From a bacterium (GTDB taxonomy: Bacteria; Zixibacteria; MSB-5A5; GN15; FEB-12): DNA of 31,339 nucleotides. Location of the stretch: the NCBI GenBank assembly GCA_043811375.1, contig JBDRNJ010000048.1, positions 1 through 31,339 of the forward strand, written 5' to 3'. The notes below the pieces were generated by a model. The model had not been told where the DNA came from, made no database searches, and worked only from the letters and a program-made list of their open reading frames with translations. Below, in pieces: positions 25,632-31,339 of this stretch (within the stretch, counting starts at the first letter, position 1; each line of letters opens with the position of its first letter). Made by a program: the position numbers and the translations under genes.

Positions 25632-26753
25632 TCACTCTTTCTCCACGACCATCTTGAGGACCTCTCTGATGTTTTCAAACTCCTGCTGTAACCGGCTCAG
25701 GTGATCTCTCGCCGTCGGCAGCGAGGGATTTATTTTCAGGGCTTGCCGATACTGCTGTAGTCCTTTCTGCCAGGCTATCGCGGCCGATTGCCAATGGCAA
25801 CCGGCTGATTCGACATACAGATCAACATAGCCGGGGTTTCTGGTGATTTCTGATTGCAGAAAGCGCATCCGTTCACCAAGCGCTTCTTCCGAAACCCATT
25901 CCGGGGAAACAAGAAACCTCATAAAAAAAGAAGCAAATTCACGTCGATGGTCTTCCTTTTTGACCTGGCGCATCTTCAGCAGCACCCGGTAAGCGCGCTG
26001 CAGATCCCCCGTTTCAAGCGACTCCCGTCCTTTCTGAAGCAGCCCCTGGTCGTAATCCGGATAAATCAACGTGGCTTTCTCCAGATAATTGCCGGCTCGC
26101 GATATCATTGCCGCCAGATCCGCTTCGTTGCGGCACTCCTGCGCCAGGACTATCAACACCAGTGACAGATTCAGGTGAGCATCACCGTAGTACATGTTGA
26201 TACCGATGGCTTTCTCCAACTCCCGTACTGCCTGGTCGCATGAGCCATGAGCCAGCAACGCTTCTCCCAGGTTGTTGCGGTAGTCGGCGTAGGTCGGGCG
26301 CTTCTCCACCGCCACCGTGAACGATTGGACAGCGTCGGGCACCAGATTAAGAGCCAGTTGCGTCAGACCCAGATGATTGCAGGCCTGATGGTGCTCGTTG
26401 TCCAGTGTGATGGCCGCTGTGAACAGTTCGCGAGCCTCGGTGTAGAGTCGTTTGTAGTAGAAAGCGGTGCCGAGGTGGTACATTGTATCGGCACTGCCGT
26501 CGTCGAGAGTACGCCGGTATGCCTGCAACAGTGCCTCGATCTCCTGTTTTTGCTCCTGGTGCGTCAGTTTCACCAGCGACGCCACTTTCTCCGGTTCGAT
26601 ACCGTGCGGGTGGGGGCAGTCCAGTTTGTCGGCAATCTGCCCGTCAACGTACACGGTGGAGAGAATCGACCCCTGCTCGATATCATTGGCGGTTTGGATG
26701 ACGAATTCCTTGTCGTTCTCGATCAACGTGCTCTTGAGATGAAACGTTTCCAT
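25632..26753 (-). CDS. Cytoplasmic TPR protein with an uncharacterised N-terminal domain
   Basis: TPRs (ADTMYHLGTAFY, YADYRNNLGEAL, GDAHLNLSLV) after an about 80-aa non-TPR domain. No signal peptide. Confidence 0.82.
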   Translation of the reverse strand: METFHLKSTLIENDKEFVIQTANDIEQGSILSTVYVDGQIADKLDCPHPHGIEPEKVASLVKLTHQEQKQEIEALLQAYRRTLDDGSADTMYHLGTAFYYKRLYTEARELFTAAITLDNEHHQACNHLGLTQLALNLVPDAVQSFTVAVEKRPTYADYRNNLGEALLAHGSCDQAVRELEKAIGINMYYGDAHLNLSLVLIVLAQECRNEADLAAMISRAGNYLEKATLIYPDYDQGLLQKGRESLETGDLQRAYRVLLKMRQVKKEDHRREFASFFMRFLVSPEWVSEEALGERMRFLQSEITRNPGYVDLYVESAGCHWQSAAIAWQKGLQQYRQALKINPSLPTARDHLSRLQQEFENIREVLKMVVEKE

Positions 26754-26758
26754 AAATG

Positions 26759-28261
26759 TTACCTGCGAAAAGTCAGTTTTTCGATCCTGGGTATGGTGGC
26801 CAGCACCGGCATTCGCAACTGCTGTTGCACATCCTCTACCCGCTTAAAGGAATGATCAAAGATTTCCACCAGAAAGACCGCAGCACCACCGATGATCAAT
26901 CCCAGAAGCAGTCCCAGGGCGGCAATCTTCTTGCGGTCCGGCCAGAACGGCTGCAACGGTATGCGAGCCGGTTCGATGATTTTATACTTGGTTCGTTCCC
27001 GGGTGCGTTCGGAGAGGATAGCCACAATAGCTTCTTCCGACCGGAAGGCATCGCGGTACTTGCGGGTATCCTCGACACGCCGCTCAAGCTCACTGATCTC
27101 GGTCTGCAGACGCGGCACCTGAGCGGTGCGCTCGTTGATTCTGCCCAACGCCTGCTGCAGCCGGTTGCGCCTGGTTTCCAGCAGGTCCAGATGTTCCCGG
27201 GCCACGAAATACTGTCTTAGCAATTCCCGGTGGCTCTCGATCTGATCCGAGAACTGTAGATCAACCAAACGGTTCAGCTCCTGCTCAAGGAACCTGATAT
27301 TGTCGTTTACACGTATATCGGCATTGGTTACCGTCTGCCCGCTCCAGGTATATTTGTCCATCATAGCGGCCAAGGCAACCATCCGGCGATCGATTTCTGA
27401 ACGCAGCCGGACAACCGTATCTGAGTACAGCAGATTGGTTTCGGATAAACGCAACTGATCCAGCCGCCGGGAGAGACGATCACTTTCAGCCGTATAATCA
27501 TCAATCTCCTGACGAGTGCGATCGATATCGGTCTGAATGTCGCGCAGATTGGTTTCGGAGGCAATATCTTCAGGTAACTGCAGACGGGTCAGACGCACCT
27601 GGGCGTCGGTGAGGGAATCCACGGCCCGCTGATAGTCGTTCTCGGTCTTCTGCAGTTGCATATCCGCAAACGACTGGTTGTCCAGAATTTTGTCCAGTTC
27701 GTATCTGGTTTTTTCCTCTTCCAGAATCTCGGTCAGGCGCGTGACCATGTCGCGGGCGAGTTTCGCCTGGTTGGATTCCACGGTTAATCGAATCTGATCA
27801 GATCCCACGAACGCAACACTGATCTGTTGGCGCAATTGCGGCAGCAACAGATCATACTTCAATTGTTGCAGGTCCAGGGAGAGGTTACCCGAATGCAGGC
27901 GGGTCGCCTGCTTGCAGATATCGGGGTCCTGATCGAGTTTAAGGTCATCTATAAGCCGATGTAAATAGGTCTGCGATGTAATCTCATTCTGCAGGGCTTG
28001 CAATTCGCGACGTTGCTGTTCACCGGTTTCCCGCTCCGTACGTTCCCTGCCGATAATGTCAATCAACTCTCGAGAGACGTTGGATGGCTTGTCTATCCAG
28101 ACAATCGTCGATGAACGATATTTCGGCTGCAACAGATAGGAACCGCCAAACACCAGGGCGGTGACAAGCACAATCGGCAGGATCAGCAGCCATTTCCGTC
28201 TCAGCAGAATGACCGTAATCTCTTTGACGTCAATTGTCTGCTCTCTGGTCGCAGCCTCCAT
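26759..28261 (-). CDS. Polysaccharide co-polymerase / chain-length determinant (Wzz/GumC-like, kinase-less Wzc N-part)
   Basis: RRKWLLILP TM1, PKYRSST, long coiled coil, IIEPARIP..P.WP plus Gly-rich TM2, D.S.K.VEDV...L..PVLATIP. Confidence 0.9.
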   Translation of the reverse strand: MEAATREQTIDVKEITVILLRRKWLLILPIVLVTALVFGGSYLLQPKYRSSTIVWIDKPSNVSRELIDIIGRERTERETGEQQRRELQALQNEITSQTYLHRLIDDLKLDQDPDICKQATRLHSGNLSLDLQQLKYDLLLPQLRQQISVAFVGSDQIRLTVESNQAKLARDMVTRLTEILEEEKTRYELDKILDNQSFADMQLQKTENDYQRAVDSLTDAQVRLTRLQLPEDIASETNLRDIQTDIDRTRQEIDDYTAESDRLSRRLDQLRLSETNLLYSDTVVRLRSEIDRRMVALAAMMDKYTWSGQTVTNADIRVNDNIRFLEQELNRLVDLQFSDQIESHRELLRQYFVAREHLDLLETRRNRLQQALGRINERTAQVPRLQTEISELERRVEDTRKYRDAFRSEEAIVAILSERTRERTKYKIIEPARIPLQPFWPDRKKIAALGLLLGLIIGGAAVFLVEIFDHSFKRVEDVQQQLRMPVLATIPRIEKLTFRR

Positions 28262-28266
28262 AGCTC

Positions 28267-29286
28267 CTATCTCGCACCTGAGGTTGTAGTCTCGGTGACC
28301 GGGTCATCACTCTGGACAAAACGGTCATAAATCAGAAGACCGGAAGCCACGACACCCGCAATGGTGGCCACCGTGCCCAGATTGATACCCAGAAAGCTCT
28401 TCTTTTGGGGCACGATTACGGCGTCCTCCCGACGCAGGGTATACCTGGCCACGGACCCGGTCCGGGAGTATTGACGGAGATCAAACAGCAATGACTGACC
28501 GTACGGGCCATCCTTGGACACCACCTGGACTTTCTGAAGGCTGGCGTTATCGGAATGACCGCCCGCCATGGCTACGGCTTCGAGTATGTCCGTATTCTCC
28601 TCGAACTGGATTACGCCGGGCTCGTTAACGGCTCCGATTACATAAAATACGTTCCTTTTCTCCACTGGCCCGGTAAGGTTAGCCGACGGCAGTCCGACCG
28701 GCATCGGCGGTACCTCGATGGCATCCTGGCGATGAATCTCCGGCAGTTGTTCCCGGCCTTCACCGGCCAGCGCCCGGGCCACATTGACTACTTCCACCTG
28801 GCCGGCGTTTTCCCCGCCCCTGACTACAGTCACGCGGCGGAGATCGCCGGTTTCGGTGATACCACCGGCTTCATTGATGATTGTCCAGAGATCGGGGATC
28901 TTTTCAAATGTCTTCTTGCCGGGTTCGTTCACCTGCCCGATCACATAAACGTGCTGATAATTGTACTCGGTTACCCGGACAACCGCCTGAGATATTCGCT
29001 TGTTCAAGCGAGAGATTTGCCTGATGATATCGTTCTGCAGTTCACCGGTGGTTTTCCCGGCAGCATCCACCTGTCCCGCAATGTCCAGCGAAACGGTGCC
29101 ATCTTGCCCTACTCTGACGATAGCATTCAAAGTGGGATCCTGCCAGAAGTTAATTTCAAGCAGATCGTCGGGACCTATCCGGTACTCATCAGCCAATACC
29201 GGACCACCGGTCATCAAAACAAGAAACAGCGTCACTGACAGCGACACCCGAAAATTACGGCTATACATATCTAAGTCTCTTCCCAT
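28267..29286 (-). CDS. Polysaccharide export protein (Wza/OPX-like, Poly_export plus SLBB domains)
   Basis: YRIGPDDLLEI, V..DG.VSL..AGQV.AAGKT..EL, VYVIGQVNEPG, and a second SLBB YVIGAVNEPG. Start may be 29268. Confidence 0.9.
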   Translation of the reverse strand: MGRDLDMYSRNFRVSLSVTLFLVLMTGGPVLADEYRIGPDDLLEINFWQDPTLNAIVRVGQDGTVSLDIAGQVDAAGKTTGELQNDIIRQISRLNKRISQAVVRVTEYNYQHVYVIGQVNEPGKKTFEKIPDLWTIINEAGGITETGDLRRVTVVRGGENAGQVEVVNVARALAGEGREQLPEIHRQDAIEVPPMPVGLPSANLTGPVEKRNVFYVIGAVNEPGVIQFEENTDILEAVAMAGGHSDNASLQKVQVVSKDGPYGQSLLFDLRQYSRTGSVARYTLRREDAVIVPQKKSFLGINLGTVATIAGVVASGLLIYDRFVQSDDPVTETTTSGAR

Positions 29287-29302
29287 AAGAGGGTTATAGT
29301 AG

Positions 29303-29330
29303 AAATCGGCATATAAGCCGGTTTCATTTA
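29303..29330 (-). promoter_or_regulatory. Candidate sigma28-type promoter of the EPS export operon
   Basis: TAAA (29330-29327) - 16 nt - GCCGATTT (29310-29303). Confidence 0.45.
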
Positions 29331-29373
29331 GACACCAATATAGTTGGCCGGCTGAAGGCTGTAAAGATCAAAA

Positions 29374-31029
29374 CTATTTGTCGTCAGTGACACCGGTGGG
29401 GCTTTCCGGCTGATACAGCAGGCTGGTGTTGCGACCGGCTTCCTTGGCTTTCAACAGCGCCATATCAGCAGTGAAGACCAGTTGCCGGGGATCTTCGGCA
29501 TGTTCAGGATACAGTGCCCCGCCCTGTGAGATAGAGCATCTGATGGGTTCGGGAACATCGTCGATGACAAACGGCCACTCGGATACGGCTGTTTTGAGTC
29601 GATCCATGAGCCGGCGGCAGGTGGTGGCACCGGCCTCAGGCATAATGATACAGAATTCGTCGCCGCCGTAGCGGGCTACAATGTCGATACTTCTGACGCT
29701 TTCGCACAGAATTCGTCCCACCTGACGCAGTACGGCATCTCCGGCCAGGTGACCGTGGCTGTCATTGATTTTCTTGAGGTCGTCCAAGTCAAAGAAGATC
29801 AGGGCCAGTTGGCGACGATACCGCCTGGCGCGACTGATCTCTTCCTCGAGGCGCTTGGAAAGATAACGCTGGTTGCCCAGACCGGTTAGATTGTCCGTGT
29901 AAGACATCTCTTCCAGCCGCCGGTAGGATTCTGCGTTGTCCATTATCTGCGCCACGTGCGGGCGGAGAGTCAGCAGATGAGGTGTTACGGTGGATTCATT
30001 TCCACTCCAAAGCAACACTCCCGCTCGTTTAATTGTCAGAGGAAAGACAGTAGCATACTTCAGCCCGTGCTGTTTCAATCCGTCAGTGAAGTCTTTCAAA
30101 TCCCCGTCATCGGCGGCCAGGGAGTCGAGATTGGCCTGGTCCCGGTCGGAAAGTTTTTTGAGGACGCTGCGAAAAACATCACCGCGGGGAACCGAGATTT
30201 CCCGAGTCAGGCCGGTCTGGAAAACCAGCGGTTGATCATCATCCCCGGAACCCTGGTACAGATAGGCCACCCGACTCAAAGCCAGATCCTGCTTGATTGA
30301 ACCAATCAATCGGGGAACAATTGTGTCCGGTTCCCGGTGACGTACCAGCTTGAGGATGTTGGCATGTAGTTGGTCGTGCGTGCGGACTTCTTTTCGCGAT
30401 GCCGCCCTGGCTCCGTCGAGTTGCTTTTGCATTCCATCATAACGCACCTCGTGCCACTTTATGTGATAAGCAGCCGCCAGTGACTGAGCCAACCCCGCCG
30501 TCAGCAATCTGAAAGAAGGCGACCGGGTCTCTATGGTGCTGCGTATGAAATACAAACCGTACAGGTTATCACGCCAGTAGACTGGAAAATAGACATCAGC
30601 CTGCGACTCCTGAAGTGTTTCGTAGAAAGCAGCCGGCAAGTCATCCTTGATTTCCTCGATTCCCCGGGGCAGAAAATCGCCCTGCAGTTTTTGGGTCAGT
30701 TGACGGCTGAGTACCAGGCTGTAATGATGGCGGTCAAAGTTTTGCAGACCGTGGTAGTAGTTGAGCTCCAGCAGATGTCGTTTTTTCCTCAGGAAGATAA
30801 TCAACTCACAGCCGAACGACTTCTTCAGCAGTTCGGAAACCTTGCCGGCGACACTCTGGATACCGCCTTCCATGCTGTTGGTACGCAGGAAATCCGAAAA
30901 CTCAGCTAAGTTCATGTCGCGGATTACTGCTGTCAGTTGCCGTTCTCTTCTCGACCGAACTACCAGCAATACAGTTAGCGCAACCACCAGAACAGCCAGA
31001 CAGATTGTAAGGACCAACTGACTACCCAT
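29374..31029 (-). CDS. Membrane-anchored diguanylate cyclase (TM, GAF-like regions, GGDEF)
   Basis: TDNLTGL, DLDDLKKINDSHGHLAGD, RSID I-site, RYGGDEF, ADMALL.AK..GRN. GGAGG RBS before ATG 31029; the longer 31152 start lies inside a repeat. Confidence 0.92.
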   Translation of the reverse strand: MGSQLVLTICLAVLVVALTVLLVVRSRRERQLTAVIRDMNLAEFSDFLRTNSMEGGIQSVAGKVSELLKKSFGCELIIFLRKKRHLLELNYYHGLQNFDRHHYSLVLSRQLTQKLQGDFLPRGIEEIKDDLPAAFYETLQESQADVYFPVYWRDNLYGLYFIRSTIETRSPSFRLLTAGLAQSLAAAYHIKWHEVRYDGMQKQLDGARAASRKEVRTHDQLHANILKLVRHREPDTIVPRLIGSIKQDLALSRVAYLYQGSGDDDQPLVFQTGLTREISVPRGDVFRSVLKKLSDRDQANLDSLAADDGDLKDFTDGLKQHGLKYATVFPLTIKRAGVLLWSGNESTVTPHLLTLRPHVAQIMDNAESYRRLEEMSYTDNLTGLGNQRYLSKRLEEEISRARRYRRQLALIFFDLDDLKKINDSHGHLAGDAVLRQVGRILCESVRSIDIVARYGGDEFCIIMPEAGATTCRRLMDRLKTAVSEWPFVIDDVPEPIRCSISQGGALYPEHAEDPRQLVFTADMALLKAKEAGRNTSLLYQPESPTGVTDDK

Positions 31030-31045
31030 AGCCACCTCCATTATA

Positions 31046-31074
31046 AATATAACCCGCAGAAGAGGGGGTGTCAA
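31046..31074 (-). promoter_or_regulatory. Candidate sigma70 promoter of the diguanylate cyclase
   Basis: TTGACA (31074-31069) - 17 nt - TATATT (31051-31046). Confidence 0.6.
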
Positions 31075-31089
31075 TCTCCAACTGGGACT

Positions 31090-31200
31090 ATCAGTGTGTT
31101 GAAAAACACATACTGGAAGACAAAAAGGGTGCAGCCTTGCATTTTCTGTCATTCCTGCGAAAGCAGGAATCCATATGTATCAATAGGTTACCGGATCCCC
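31090..31200 (-). repeat. Dispersed REP-containing repeat, copy 3, interrupted by the IS
   Basis: Full REP gtcattcctgcgaaagcaggaatcca (31148-31173), spacer, half-REP cggatcccc abutting the IS, and cagtgtgttgaaaaa at the far end. Confidence 0.85.
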
Positions 31201-31339
31201 CTAGCTTCACAAACGAAGTGCAACACCTTATTAAGGTGTTGTTATGGGAAAGAGATATGTTCAGATCACCATTGAAGAGCGGTGTGAGATTGCCTGTTTA
31301 CGTACCGCGGGGCGCTCGATCCGGCAAATCGCGGCAGCT
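31201..31339 (+). mobile_element. IS30-family insertion sequence, left end plus partial transposase (ATG 31244, truncated by window edge)
   Basis: 31244-31339 reads MGKRYVQITIEERCEIACLRTAGRSIRQIAAA, matching the IS30 N-terminal HTH pattern (Y..L...ER..I..L...G.S.R.IA..L). End sequence is identical to the element at 1-88. Confidence 0.85.

Noticed and set aside
31030..31152. 41-aa N-terminal extension of the diguanylate cyclase
   Set aside because: It runs through the dispersed repeat and the promoter. ATG 31029 has a GGAGG RBS and leads directly into the TM helix.
1..31339. Whole window as a 31-kb composite transposon or prophage bounded by inverted repeats
   Set aside because: The cargo is core metabolism (purDE, pdxST, ispH), the two IS copies are diverged, and there are no phage structural or integrase genes. 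Assembly breaks at multicopy IS elements explain the ends more simply.

Overview
A bacterial chromosomal segment, mostly GC-rich. The C-terminal 'CC..RGD..GDLTYLVAYLFQGGPPPPC' dockerin-like module suggests candidate division Zixibacteria (inference). Both ends stop inside outward-facing IS30-family elements, each sitting in the same REP-containing dispersed repeat. Housekeeping or general genes are a polyprenyl synthase, ispH, pdxT, pdxS, purD, purE, an Rrf2 regulator, an NtrC-type regulator, a saccharopine/lysine dehydrogenase-family enzyme and a methyltransferase. The right end carries an exopolysaccharide export locus (diguanylate cyclase, Wza-like, Wzz-like, TPR, tyrosine kinase, deacetylase). 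The most unusual parts are: (1) an orphan operon of four paralogous GspG-like prepilins, each fused to a beta-sandwich domain, two with extra distal domains, behind a sigma28-type promoter; (2) a TcmP methyltransferase-like plus DUF5131 three-Cys cassette between pdxS and pdxT, with clamp-binding-like motifs; (3) a secreted 14-blade FG-GAP propeller with two hypervariable loops per blade and a dockerin-like tail; (4) IS30 apparently targeting a REP/MITE-like repeat; (5) a shared sigma28-like promoter motif upstream of four surface or signalling units. All family assignments come from motif recognition by eye; no database searches were run.
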